This document shows positions 1 through 8,888 of a stretch of 57,754 nt of DNA, in pieces (position 1 is the first letter of the stretch; each line of letters starts with the position of its first letter). A model generated the notes under the pieces. It saw only the letters and a program-made list of their open reading frames with translations, was not told the origin of the DNA and did not search any database. A program made the position numbers and the translations under genes. The stretch is from Oscillospiraceae bacterium. GTDB taxonomy: Bacteria > Bacillota > Clostridia > Oscillospirales > Oscillospiraceae. The stretch lies in NCBI GenBank assembly GCA_963639765.1, contig CAVHXA010000011.1:1-57754 (forward strand). Direction: 5' to 3'.

Positions 1-74
1 TGGACACGTACAGTCACCTGTACCCCAACAAGCAGGTGGAGGTAGCCAGACAGCTTGACGGCATCATGCCGTGA
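1..74 (+). CDS. 3' end (last 24 codons, runs off the left edge) of a tyrosine recombinase / phage-type integrase
   Basis: Frame 3 is open from nt 3 to the TGA at 72-74. It translates to DTYSHLYPNKQVEVARQLDGIMP. The ...(T/M)DTYSHL... segment with the catalytic Tyr is the typical extreme C-terminus of Firmicutes site-specific integrases. It lies next to the guaA 3' end, a known integration site. Confidence 0.5.
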   Translation, partial: DTYSHLYPNKQVEVARQLDGIMP

Positions 75-80
75 GCCTCT

Positions 81-120
81 GGCTACAAAAAAAGCTTCAG
101 ATGTAGCCAATTTGTAGCCA
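81..120. repeat. inverted repeat GGCTACA(81-87)/TGTAGCC(102-108) plus tandem TGTAGCCA (102-109, 113-120) between integrase stop and guaA terminator; candidate att/arm-type site or integrase terminator
   Basis: Read directly from the sequence: 7-bp arms with a 14-nt A-rich loop, followed by a second copy of TGTAGCC 3 nt later. Confidence 0.3.
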
Positions 121-132
121 CTTAAAAAGTAA

Positions 133-172
133 AATCCCGAAAAACGCTGTAATATCAACGCTTTTCGGGATT
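133..172 (-). terminator. intrinsic terminator of guaA (minus strand)
   Basis: Arms AATCCCGAAAAACG (133-146) and CGCTTTTCGGGATT (159-172) pair with one mismatch. On the minus strand the hairpin is followed by TTTTACTTTTTAAG (complement of 119-132). It lies just downstream of the guaA stop at 190. Confidence 0.5.
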
Positions 173-189
173 CGGATAACACTAAATAT

Positions 190-1500
190 TTATTCCCACT
201 CGATGGTTCCGGTTGGCTTGGGAGTCAGGTCATACAGGACCCGGTTAACGCCGGGAACTTCGCTTGTGATACGCTGGGTGATGCGCTTCATTAACGGCCA
301 GGGGAGCTCTTCTACGGTGGCAGTCATCGCGTCGATCGTGTTGACAGCACGGATAATTACCGGCCACTCGTAGGCACGCTTGTTGTCTTTTACGCCTGTG
401 GAGCGGTAGTCCGGAACAATGGTAAAATACTGCCATACCTTGCCGCGAAGACCGGCAATTTCGAATTCTTCACGAAGAATGGCATCAGACTCACGAACGG
501 CCTGAAGACGGTCTCGCGTAATAGCACCGGTGCAGCGCACGCCCAGACCGGGCCCGGGGAAGGGCTGGCGATAAACCATGGAATCGGGCAGGCCCAACGC
601 GGCGCCAACGGCACGGACCTCGTCTTTAAAGAGCATCTTCAGAGGTTCAACGAGCGCAAAGTCAAAGTGCTCCGGCATGCCGCCGACATTGTGGTGAGAT
701 TTGATTACGCCGACCGTTTTTGTTCCGCTTTCAAGAATGTCGGGGTATATGGTACCCTGAGCCAGAAAGTGAATGCCCTCAAGTTTGTCTGCTTCTTCCT
801 GGAATACATCAATAAATTCGGCACCGATGATTTTGCGCTTTTTCTCCGGGTCACTTACGCCGGACAGTTTATCCAGAAAGCGATCGGTTGCATCTACATA
901 GATCAGATTGGCACCAAGCTGCTCACGGAAAACGCGAATAACCTGTTCAGGTTCGCCCTTGCGCAAAAGGCCGTGATTTACGTGAACACAGGTGAGCCTG
1001 TCGCCGACAGCACGAATCAGGAGCGCAGCCACAACAGAAGAATCCACACCACCCGACAGCGCAAGCAGTACTCTTCCACTGCCAACCTGCTGCCGGATTA
1101 TTTCAATCTGGTCTGCAATAAAATGCTCTGTGCTCCAGTTTTTCTGCGCACCGCAGCGGTCAAAGAGAAAGGCACTCAGAGCGTGGGCACGTTCTGCCTC
1201 GTCGGACGGCCAGACTGCCAGCGTTTCACAGCGATTTGCAGCAGCCGGATGATCTACGGCCAGAACCGGCAGACCGCATGTGTATATTTCCTCGCATACG
1301 TCAATGGAAACACCGTTTATCACCCGGTTTTTTCCACCGTTGAGGATAACACCCTTTACGTTGGGCAGTGCTTTCAGCTGCTCGGCTGTGATATCGTGGG
1401 CATGTATTTCAGAATAAACACCCAGGGCACGGATTTCTCTGGCCAGAATCGCATTTTTCTCGCTGCCCAGATCCAGAATCAGAATCATATCCTGCTGCAT
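190..1500 (-). CDS. guaA: GMP synthase (ATP pyrophosphatase domain intact; N-terminal glutamine amidotransferase domain truncated/degenerate)
   Basis: PP-loop SGGVDSS is present. The C-terminus ...PKPTGTIEWE matches the canonical GuaA end. The N-terminus ILILDLGS...GVYSEIHAHD aligns with the GuaA GATase start. The GxCxGxQ catalytic block is replaced by LPVLAVDHPAAAN, and about 80 aa including the His/Glu region are absent. Confidence 0.9.
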   Translation of the reverse strand: MQQDMILILDLGSEKNAILAREIRALGVYSEIHAHDITAEQLKALPNVKGVILNGGKNRVINGVSIDVCEEIYTCGLPVLAVDHPAAANRCETLAVWPSDEAERAHALSAFLFDRCGAQKNWSTEHFIADQIEIIRQQVGSGRVLLALSGGVDSSVVAALLIRAVGDRLTCVHVNHGLLRKGEPEQVIRVFREQLGANLIYVDATDRFLDKLSGVSDPEKKRKIIGAEFIDVFQEEADKLEGIHFLAQGTIYPDILESGTKTVGVIKSHHNVGGMPEHFDFALVEPLKMLFKDEVRAVGAALGLPDSMVYRQPFPGPGLGVRCTGAITRDRLQAVRESDAILREEFEIAGLRGKVWQYFTIVPDYRSTGVKDNKRAYEWPVIIRAVNTIDAMTATVEELPWPLMKRITQRITSEVPGVNRVLYDLTPKPTGTIEWE

Positions 1501-1609
1501 AGTTTTGCCTCCACCTCCCGGATCGCCCGGGATTATTTGCTGTCTCGCTCAGATTTTATGGTACACGCTAATATCGAAAAAGTCAATTTTCAGATGTCGG
1601 AGAAAGACG

Positions 1610-2065
1610 TCAGCGTTCTTCTAAAAGGCGGTTCAGCTCAACCATAAAGCTGTTGATATCCTTGAATTGACGATAGACCGAGGCAAATCGAACATAGGCT
1701 ACCTGGTCAAGCGGCTTCAGCTGATCCATAACCATCTCACCGATATCGGAAGTGGTGATTTCGCGTACCATGGAATTCTGCAGGGTCTGTTCTACACTGC
1801 GGGCAATGGCATCCATATCCTGTGCAGACACGGGACGCTTTTCGCAGGCGCGGACAAGGCCGTTTATAATTTTGTTGCGATCGTAGGGCTGTCGCCGACC
1901 GTCTCGCTTGACTACCATGATCGGAACGGTTTCAACGGTTTCATAGGTGGTGAATCGTTTTTGACAGTTTATACACTCTCGCCGACGGCGAATGGACAGA
2001 CCTTCGTCAGCCTGACGGGAATCTACAACTTTGGTTTCGTCTTCGCCGCAATATGGACAACGCAT
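1610..2065 (-). CDS. nrdR: transcriptional repressor NrdR (zinc ribbon + ATP-cone)
   Basis: MRCPYCG...CxxC zinc ribbon followed by an ATP-cone, ending ...[10 protein letters not shown]. Length 151 aa is typical. Confidence 0.95.
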   Translation of the reverse strand: MRCPYCGEDETKVVDSRQADEGLSIRRRRECINCQKRFTTYETVETVPIMVVKRDGRRQPYDRNKIINGLVRACEKRPVSAQDMDAIARSVEQTLQNSMVREITTSDIGEMVMDQLKPLDQVAYVRFASVYRQFKDINSFMVELNRLLEER

Positions 2066-2207
2066 GATGCGCCCTCACTTTCCTGATGTTTTTCTGGAAA
2101 AGTGCAGCAGACATAATGGACTCTGTCTGCTGCCTGCTTTGTCTGTTATGGAAACCGATTTATAAATGGAGTACCCAAGCCGGCGACTGCGTCGCAGACC
2201 GGGAGAG

Positions 2208-3005
2208 TCAGGGGTTTGACTGACCATCGATGCTTCTGGCAAAGGTGATATTGTCCTTTTGCAGGGTAATGTCCAACCGGACGCGATCTCCGCGGATAAG
2301 GGACTGTGTAAGCTCGAAGAGCTGCCCCTTTTCGGTGCGCGTGCGCCGCTGATGGGAAAAACCGATGCTGCCTGTTTTGCAGCCAAGCAGGGCTGTTTCC
2401 TCATGGCTGAACTTCACGGCCTCATAGGTATCAATCGCAGAATAGGGAACAATCCCGACATCATACAGAAGGGAATAAAAGGAATTGGTCTCAAGCATTT
2501 CACGATGCAGATTCGGATAGATAAAGGTTGGATAAAATGAGGTTTCCAGCATGAAGGGTTCGCCGTTGATGCGGCGGATTCGTGTGAACTTATATACATC
2601 TGCCGTGGCAGGAACCAGCTCAAGCAGGGCAACTATATCGGGAGCAGGACGGATTATGTCAAATTCGATCAGAGTGGATGATGGGTCAAGCCCCATAGCC
2701 AGTGCCTCAGAGGTAAAAGACCAGACGTTTTCTGTTTTTCTGCGCATTTTCGGCTCGGCCACATAGGTACCCCGGCCACGCTGGCGAATAACAAGACCCT
2801 CTTCTTCAAGGGCACCCATGGCAAGACGAACGGTAGACCGACTGATGCCGAAGCTCCGAATCATTTCGGATTCGGAAGGCAACAGATCGCCGGTTTTCAG
2901 AATGCCGGCAGAGATATATCGCTTGATTACACTGATAAGCTGAAAGTAAAGGGGATTGCTTCCGCCGCTGTTCAGCTGTGAGCTGAGAATCGGATTGCCT
3001 TCCAT
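2208..3005 (-). CDS. GntR-family (HutC/UTRA subfamily) transcriptional regulator
   Basis: N-terminal winged HTH (GDLLPSESEMIRSFGISRSTVRLAMGALEEEGLVIRQRGRGTYV) plus a C-terminal UTRA-like domain. The start is placed at ATG 3005 (MEGNPILSS), which has a GGAGGT RBS 7 nt upstream. The called ORF extends to 3095 without an RBS. Confidence 0.85.
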   Translation of the reverse strand: MEGNPILSSQLNSGGSNPLYFQLISVIKRYISAGILKTGDLLPSESEMIRSFGISRSTVRLAMGALEEEGLVIRQRGRGTYVAEPKMRRKTENVWSFTSEALAMGLDPSSTLIEFDIIRPAPDIVALLELVPATADVYKFTRIRRINGEPFMLETSFYPTFIYPNLHREMLETNSFYSLLYDVGIVPYSAIDTYEAVKFSHEETALLGCKTGSIGFSHQRRTRTEKGQLFELTQSLIRGDRVRLDITLQKDNITFARSIDGQSNP

Positions 3006-3127
3006 GGACAGTACCTCCGGTTGACATCGGATAAAGCTCTGAGTATCACAATATCCTTTTGTATCGTACCATAAGCGCGGATGGTTTGCAACCATTTTGC
3101 AGGCAGAGTATGCCGCACGGCTGCGTT

Positions 3128-4054
3128 TCAGTGTTTCTTTCTGCGGCTTTCAAGAGACGCACGCATCTGATCCAGAAGAGCCTGGCTGCCGTCGATCTTC
3201 ATCTCGGGAAAGGCCTTAAGAAGCCGCCGGGCTCCGGGCAGCCTGGCACGCAGCTGCTGCTCAAAAGCCAGAGCTGCCTCATTGCGGTGCTGACGCGCAC
3301 TGTCTCGCCGGTCCTCAAGCTGTTCACGGTGTTCCGCACGAAGGCTGGAAAGCAGTTCCATTTCCTGCGCCTTATGGGCTTCGAACAGGGCTTTTTCCTC
3401 GGCACGATGGGCATCTGCCATATTTTTTAACGGTGCGTAAAGAATGATGTTGTCTTTGGCGTCCAGCGTGGCTCCACTCAAGTGCTCGGCCAGAATATCG
3501 GATACACCATGTATTTTTCCGGCAAGCTCAGACAGCATGTGCAGACGGTTTTGCAGCTTATGTACCGTGGCAATTGTGGCAATCAGGTCTGCGAGTATCA
3601 AAACCAGAAACAGAGATATGAGAGACACGCCGATAGGCCTTGGAATGATTTCGATAAATCCTTCTACCAACGGTGAGACAATTCGCATGACAGCAGTTGC
3701 CGCCAGGCCCCAGATCAGGGAAAAGGCCAGACATATATAGCCTTTCAGATTAAATTGCATTTTGGAGTAGTCCCACCATCTGGTATGAAACAGCTTTTCC
3801 AGAATCCAGCCTGTAAAAAACTCCAATACTGTTGTCAGAATCATGGAGCCGAGAAACAAGAGCGGAAGGCTCTTTGACAGCGGAGAAAGACAGACTACTA
3901 TCAGGATCAGACCAAATCCATAGATAGGGCAGACCGGACCGTTGAGAAAGCCGCGGTTAATCAGCTTGCCATGCACAACGGCAGCAAAGACAACCTCACA
4001 GCACCAGCCCAGGAATGCGTAGATAAAAAACATCCAGAGCAGTTGATAGAGCAT
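3128..4054 (-). CDS. polytopic membrane protein of the DUF1113 ('ABC-transporter type IV'-like, PF06541) family with a C-terminal charged coiled-coil tail
   Basis: YAFLGWCCEVVFAAVVHGKLINRGFLNGPVCPIYGFG motif. Multiple TM helices. C-terminal ~110 aa are Arg/Glu/Ala-rich. The start is placed at the second ATG (4054) after a GAGGTG RBS. Confidence 0.7.
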   Translation of the reverse strand: MLYQLLWMFFIYAFLGWCCEVVFAAVVHGKLINRGFLNGPVCPIYGFGLILIVVCLSPLSKSLPLLFLGSMILTTVLEFFTGWILEKLFHTRWWDYSKMQFNLKGYICLAFSLIWGLAATAVMRIVSPLVEGFIEIIPRPIGVSLISLFLVLILADLIATIATVHKLQNRLHMLSELAGKIHGVSDILAEHLSGATLDAKDNIILYAPLKNMADAHRAEEKALFEAHKAQEMELLSSLRAEHREQLEDRRDSARQHRNEAALAFEQQLRARLPGARRLLKAFPEMKIDGSQALLDQMRASLESRRKKH

Positions 4055-4218
4055 ATGCAAAACACCTCATTCCGGGCCTGCTCCATGCGAAGAAACAGGC
4101 TCCGCAGAGTTCTGAAAGCGACGCATCATTCGGCAGGAGCGATTTGCGGGAGACATATTACGGTACGTCCGTTTTCAATGCGGGACGGGGAAGAGCAGAA
4201 AGTGCGCAGAAAACAGAC

Positions 4219-5928
4219 TCAGGCACGGACCAGAATCTGCCCCTGATATTTACCGGGCTTCGGGTCCAGAGCTTCTCCGTTTACGGTGATGCTTCCGGTG
4301 ATGGAACTTGCTGCATCAAGCTCCAGAACAGTAAGGTGGCTCTCACCCGAAACAACCCAGCTTGTATTCTTCAGCTTCAGAATCACGCCGTTGTTTACGG
4401 CAGGGGAGACCTCGTTTGTGACCTGACCAAGCTCTATGCGGTTTTCGGCTTCTGTGATGGACTGACCCGGTGCTACATTTGTATGGTGCTCTGTGGCGGA
4501 GGAAATCACGCCATGCACCCTGCATCCGTTCAGGCACAGAATCAAATTGATGCCGGTGAAGGATGGTTCCGATTCCGGAGCACCGGGCACGCCTGCCGCA
4601 GAAATCTTTTTTCCGGTGCGGGCGTTAAAGAAGCTGCCATCCAGGTCCATGTCCGAAAATTCCGCGAAAAGGTCGTCCGCATGTTCAAGGGAGACATCAA
4701 AATCCGGATCTTTTTCGGGGTTGCTGTTGTCGCATACCACATATCTGTCGGCAAAGAGGCCGGGGTCGTCTGAATCCATCATCTGCAGAATTACACCGTT
4801 TCCGGGTCTGAGGTCGGATCGGCACACCGACAGATGTGCACAGCAGCCCTTAAACAGAAAGGTTGTCATGCCAGTGTAAAAGGTGCTGTCTTCTATGGTG
4901 CAGGGCGCCGGATTGGTGTGGGAATGCCACATCAGCCCAAACCGTGCCGAGGAAACCATGGTATCGGAGAAGCTTGCCCTGCCTCCCGACGCCTGTGCCA
5001 GAACAAGCGCATAGTCCGGAACGACAAAGGTGCAGCTTCTGAAATGGTTTGAGGCAGAGCCCACGGAATAGGAGCCGTATCCGCTTGGACCCGTAATCTC
5101 AATCCGGCAGTTTTCTGCCTCGAGAACACAGCCGTCTGCCGCGTCGGTCGACAGAGCGCCCCAGCCAAAGGCCCTGATCTCACAATCCCGGTAGGTGGTG
5201 TGTGTCCCCTGAACCAGGTTGGTAGCCCTGCAGTTTCCGCTCAGACCCAGCACCCAGGGGACTTCATTCATACCGTCGGTTATTTCCTGCTCACGCAGAT
5301 CACCGCCATGGCACTCCATTGTGCAGTGTTCAAAGAGAACCTCGGATTTGCCCCCGGCCGTGATTACACCGCGAATGCAGCCCCAGGTTTCGAATTTGCT
5401 GTTTTTAACATGAAGATTTGCCGTTCCTGCCGCAATCAGACACGCGCCGTAGCCGTTAAAGTCGTCTCCGCCGCGCCCGGTAAGCTGCACATCCAGATCG
5501 GATATTTCATAGGAACAGTTGTTGACCACAACTGCGTTGAACAACGGACCCATCGAGGCAATATGTCCGCCGGAAATGCCGGAGCTGCTGTATTGGCAGG
5601 CAGCCAGGGCAGACAAAACGGATTTGTTTTCCGCGATACCGTTTTCGTCGACATACAGGGCCGTGCGGTAGTCGGGAGCCGGATTATTCGGATGCAGGTT
5701 CGCATTCAGAATGCCGCCCAGGTCATCTGTTATGGTGAAGCGGATGTCTCCAAGATAGGTGCCTGCTTTGATTTCGGTCTCAACACCGTTTATTGTCATT
5801 GTCAGCTGTTTGCCTTCGGGAGCTCGATAGAGCGTATCCGGCATCAATGTGATGCAGTCGGTTGAAAAGGACTTGTCGTATAATACGGTGTTTGTATAAA
5901 CAGGCCTGGGCTTTGGACCATATTTCAT
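4219..5928 (-). CDS. large hypothetical protein with right-handed parallel beta-helix-like repeats, no signal peptide
   Basis: 569-aa ORF with uniform coding statistics. Repetitive G/N/T/S/C-rich strands of about 22 aa (e.g. NNCSYEISDLDVQLTG, GACLIAAGTANLHVKNSKFETWGCIRGVITAG) typical of pectin-lyase-fold proteins. No N-terminal hydrophobic segment. Confidence 0.65.
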   Translation of the reverse strand: MKYGPKPRPVYTNTVLYDKSFSTDCITLMPDTLYRAPEGKQLTMTINGVETEIKAGTYLGDIRFTITDDLGGILNANLHPNNPAPDYRTALYVDENGIAENKSVLSALAACQYSSSGISGGHIASMGPLFNAVVVNNCSYEISDLDVQLTGRGGDDFNGYGACLIAAGTANLHVKNSKFETWGCIRGVITAGGKSEVLFEHCTMECHGGDLREQEITDGMNEVPWVLGLSGNCRATNLVQGTHTTYRDCEIRAFGWGALSTDAADGCVLEAENCRIEITGPSGYGSYSVGSASNHFRSCTFVVPDYALVLAQASGGRASFSDTMVSSARFGLMWHSHTNPAPCTIEDSTFYTGMTTFLFKGCCAHLSVCRSDLRPGNGVILQMMDSDDPGLFADRYVVCDNSNPEKDPDFDVSLEHADDLFAEFSDMDLDGSFFNARTGKKISAAGVPGAPESEPSFTGINLILCLNGCRVHGVISSATEHHTNVAPGQSITEAENRIELGQVTNEVSPAVNNGVILKLKNTSWVVSGESHLTVLELDAASSITGSITVNGEALDPKPGKYQGQILVRA

Positions 5929-6068
5929 AAGAAACTCTCCTTTATCTTTCGGTGGATTGGTGCGGTGTTATCTTTGACGGCGATATCATATCATGTTCCG
6001 GAACCCTTGGCAAGTGCTGCAACGTGTCGTTTTTCAGATGAACGGATCAAAAGCTCAAAAGAATGCGG

Positions 6069-6097
6069 TTGACAATCAGGTGACTGTATGATATAGT
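6069..6097 (+). promoter_or_regulatory. near-consensus sigma-A promoter (TTGACA-17-TATAGT) for the DUF1836-NfeD-flotillin operon
   Basis: TTGACA at 6069-6074, a 17-nt spacer, TATAGT at 6092-6097. A GGGGG RBS lies 7 nt before ATG 6126. Confidence 0.6.
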
Positions 6098-6125
6098 CAT
6101 ATTAACACCTCAAGGGGGTCTCACC

Positions 6126-6659
6126 ATGAACGGGAATATGCCGGGGGCGGTTATTGAGATAGACAGCAGCCGTCCGGATGCGGCCAATGTGCTGCTGACG
6201 GCGCTTTTTCTGGGCGGCGACCTTATCCTGTCACAGGTTTGCAACATCACCGGACTGGAACCGCACGTCATACAAAACTGGGTTGCCAGGGGATATCTCT
6301 CTCCTCCGACAAACAAAAGATACTCCAGGCGGCAGCTGTCGCGCATCCTGATCATCAACATGCTGCGCAGCACGCTGTCTCTTGATCTGATCTGCAGGCT
6401 GCTGAGCTATGTAAACGGGCACCTCAACGACGAGAGCGATGATCTGGTGGATGACAGTCAGCTTTACAGCTGGCTGGTGGAGCTGATTCTGCACACGGAC
6501 AGCCCCTGCATGGCCAATGTATTGTCAGACTATGAAGAACCCTTTCCCGGTGCACGGCGCCGTGTAGAACAGGTACTCGAAATTATGCTCACGGCATACC
6601 GTTCTTCCGAACTGCGTATCAGGGCCGAACAGATGATTCACGGTCTGGACACGGTATGA
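6126..6659 (+). CDS. DUF1836 domain protein
   Basis: 177 aa. Motif ...VIQNWVARGYLSPPTNKRYSRRQLSRILIINMLR... is characteristic of DUF1836. First gene after the promoter. Confidence 0.7.
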   Translation: MNGNMPGAVIEIDSSRPDAANVLLTALFLGGDLILSQVCNITGLEPHVIQNWVARGYLSPPTNKRYSRRQLSRILIINMLRSTLSLDLICRLLSYVNGHLNDESDDLVDDSQLYSWLVELILHTDSPCMANVLSDYEEPFPGARRRVEQVLEIMLTAYRSSELRIRAEQMIHGLDTV

Positions 6660-6703
6660 ACAAAACTGCCTTCCTGCAATGACAACAAAAGGATGTGACA
6701 AGG

Positions 6704-7378
6704 ATGTTTGGCTCTGTCTCGGCATGGTTTGATGCACTTTCCATACTCGAGCGTGGCCTGGCCTGCGTTGCAATACCGGCAACGGTTCTTCTGATTGTAC
6801 AGACTGTTTTGTCCGCTTTCGGATTGGCCGGCAGCGATGATGCAGACCACGACCACGATTTCGGCCACGATCATGACTTTGATCATGACCACGATTTCGA
6901 TCACGACCACAACTTCGATTCTGATTCAGAGCAGGATATGGATGATGCGGGCTGCGATCATCCGGAAGGGCTGCATCTCCATCTGATCAGCCTGCGCAGT
7001 GTTATCGCATTTCTGGCTGTATTCGGCTGGGGAGCTCTGGCGTTGTCCAGAGCGGGCCATACCTGGCTGGTGGCGCTTGGGATAGGGTTCCTTCTGGGCG
7101 GCGTTTCCATGTTTCTGGTGGCGCTTGTCACAGCGTGGTTTGTATCCATGCAATCCAACGGAGCCATTGATCTGGAAAACGCGGTTGGTCTGAACGGAAC
7201 GATATATCTTCCGGTTCCTCCAAATCGCTCCGGTTCCGGAAAGGTGAATATTATCCTTCAGGAGCGTTATACCGAGTGCGATGCCGTATCGGATGAGAGC
7301 GAAATTTTGCAAACGGGAACCGAAGTGACTGTGGTTGGTGTTGCCGCCGACGGACAGCTGGTAGTAATCAGAAAATAA
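6704..7378 (+). CDS. NfeD-family membrane protein (YuaF/YqiJ-like, C-terminal OB-fold) with a His/Asp-rich insert
   Basis: TM helices. C-terminal OB domain (GTIYLPVPPNRSGSGKVNIILQERYTECDAVSDESEILQTGTEVTVVGVAADGQLVVIRK). Immediately upstream of a flotillin gene, the classic nfeD-flotillin pairing. The start could be GTG 6695 or ATG 6704. Confidence 0.8.
   Translation: MFGSVSAWFDALSILERGLACVAIPATVLLIVQTVLSAFGLAGSDDADHDHDFGHDHDFDHDHDFDHDHNFDSDSEQDMDDAGCDHPEGLHLHLISLRSVIAFLAVFGWGALALSRAGHTWLVALGIGFLLGGVSMFLVALVTAWFVSMQSNGAIDLENAVGLNGTIYLPVPPNRSGSGKVNIILQERYTECDAVSDESEILQTGTEVTVVGVAADGQLVVIRK
6845..6918 (+). repeat. in-frame tandem nucleotide repeat encoding (H-D-H-D-F-D/G)4 inside nfeD
   Basis: gaccacgaccacgatttcggccacgatcatgactttgatcatgaccacgatttcgatcacgaccacaacttcgat encodes DHDHDFGHDHDFDHDHDFDHDHNFD. 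Confidence 0.8.
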
Positions 7379-7456
7379 AGACAGCACCGCACAATTTTTC
7401 TGCGTCTTTATTATGAGGTGCTGCCTGAAAATGTATTTACTTTGGGAGGGAATCAA

Positions 7457-8857
7457 ATGGAAACCATAATTCTTATCTGCGTTATTGTCATCATTGCATT
7501 TTCTCTGCTTGTGGCCATCCTCAAACGGTACAAACGCTGTCCGTCTGACAAGGTCATGGTTATCTACGGCAATGTCGGCAACAACTCCGACGGCACAAGC
7601 CGAAGCGCGAAATGCGTTCACGGCGGTGCGGCCTTTGTGTGGCCAATCATTCAGGCATATGCTTTTCTGGACCTCACGCCGCTGTCTATCCCGGTTGACC
7701 TTGAAAACGCCCTGTCACGCCAGAATATCCGCATCAATGTTCCGTCCAGCTTTACGGTTGGAATTTCTACAGAGCCCGGTATCATGCAGAATGCCGCTGA
7801 GCGGCTGCTTGGTCTGGGTCTGACGCAGATTCAGGATCTGGCCCGCGATATTATCTTCGGCCAGCTGCGTCTTGTAATTGCGACCATGGACATCGAAGAG
7901 ATCAACACAGACCGCGATAAGTTTCTGGATGCTGTTTCACGAAATGTAGAATCCGAGCTGAAAAAGATCGGACTGCGACTGATCAACGTAAACGTCACCG
8001 ATATTTCTGATGAGTCCGGCTACATCGAAGCCCTGGGCAAGGAGGCCGCGGCCAAGGCGATCAACGACGCGAAACGCACAGTGGCAGAAAAGAACCGCGA
8101 TGGTTCTATTGGCGAGGCCAACGCAAACCGCGACGAAAGGATTCAGGTTTCTCAGGCAGATTCTCTTGCCATCAAGGGCGAGAACGACGCCAAGGTAGAG
8201 ATTGCAATGTCCAATGCGGCCCGACGTGAAAAAGAAGCTGAGGCTCTGAAAATTGCAACCTCTGCCGAAAAAATACAAAGCGCCAGAGCACTGGAAGAAG
8301 CCTATGCCGCCGAGCAGCAGGCTGAAACAGCCCGTGCAGCCCGTGACCGGGCAACGCAGGAGGCCGATGTCATCGTCTCGTCGGAAATCGAAAAGCGCAA
8401 GGCGGAGCTGCAGGCAGAGGCTGAGGCTGAGATGATCCGCAGAAAAGCACAGGGCGAGGCAGATGCCATCCTGGCAAAGCGCAATGCAGAGGCTGAGGGT
8501 CAAAAGGCCATTCTGACCAAGCAGGCCGAAGGCTTCCGCGAGATTGTTGCTGCAGCGGGAGGCAGCGCAGAGGATGCCGTAAAGCTGCTTCTGGCCGATA
8601 AGATGGAAACACTGATGCGCATTCAGGTCGATGCGATCAAAAACATCAAAATCGACAAAGTTACGGTTTGGGATTCCGGCAGCGACAAAGACGGAAAGAG
8701 CGCGACGGCCGATTACATATCCGGCCTGATGAAGGCAATCCCGCCTATGAACGAAATGTTTCATATGGCAGGAATGAATCTGCCGGCCTATCTTGGAACC
8801 GACATCGAAGACCAACGAGAGCAGGATGCAGAGCCGATCGAAGCAGATAAAGAATAA
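7457..8857 (+). CDS. flotillin-like SPFH/band-7 protein (FloT/YqiK family)
   Basis: N-terminal TM, SPFH domain, then a long Ala/Glu-rich coiled coil (EAEAEMIRRKAQGEADAILAKRNAEAEGQKA) and the C-terminal flotillin region. The start is placed at ATG 7457 after a GGGAGGG RBS. Confidence 0.9.
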   Translation: METIILICVIVIIAFSLLVAILKRYKRCPSDKVMVIYGNVGNNSDGTSRSAKCVHGGAAFVWPIIQAYAFLDLTPLSIPVDLENALSRQNIRINVPSSFTVGISTEPGIMQNAAERLLGLGLTQIQDLARDIIFGQLRLVIATMDIEEINTDRDKFLDAVSRNVESELKKIGLRLINVNVTDISDESGYIEALGKEAAAKAINDAKRTVAEKNRDGSIGEANANRDERIQVSQADSLAIKGENDAKVEIAMSNAARREKEAEALKIATSAEKIQSARALEEAYAAEQQAETARAARDRATQEADVIVSSEIEKRKAELQAEAEAEMIRRKAQGEADAILAKRNAEAEGQKAILTKQAEGFREIVAAAGGSAEDAVKLLLADKMETLMRIQVDAIKNIKIDKVTVWDSGSDKDGKSATADYISGLMKAIPPMNEMFHMAGMNLPAYLGTDIEDQREQDAEPIEADKE

Positions 8858-8888
8858 TTTACGATCGGGCTGTGGCCCGAAACAGATC

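Noticed and set aside
667-1647. 326-aa plus-strand ORF
   Set aside because: Fully antisense to guaA, whose identity is unambiguous. Shadow ORF.
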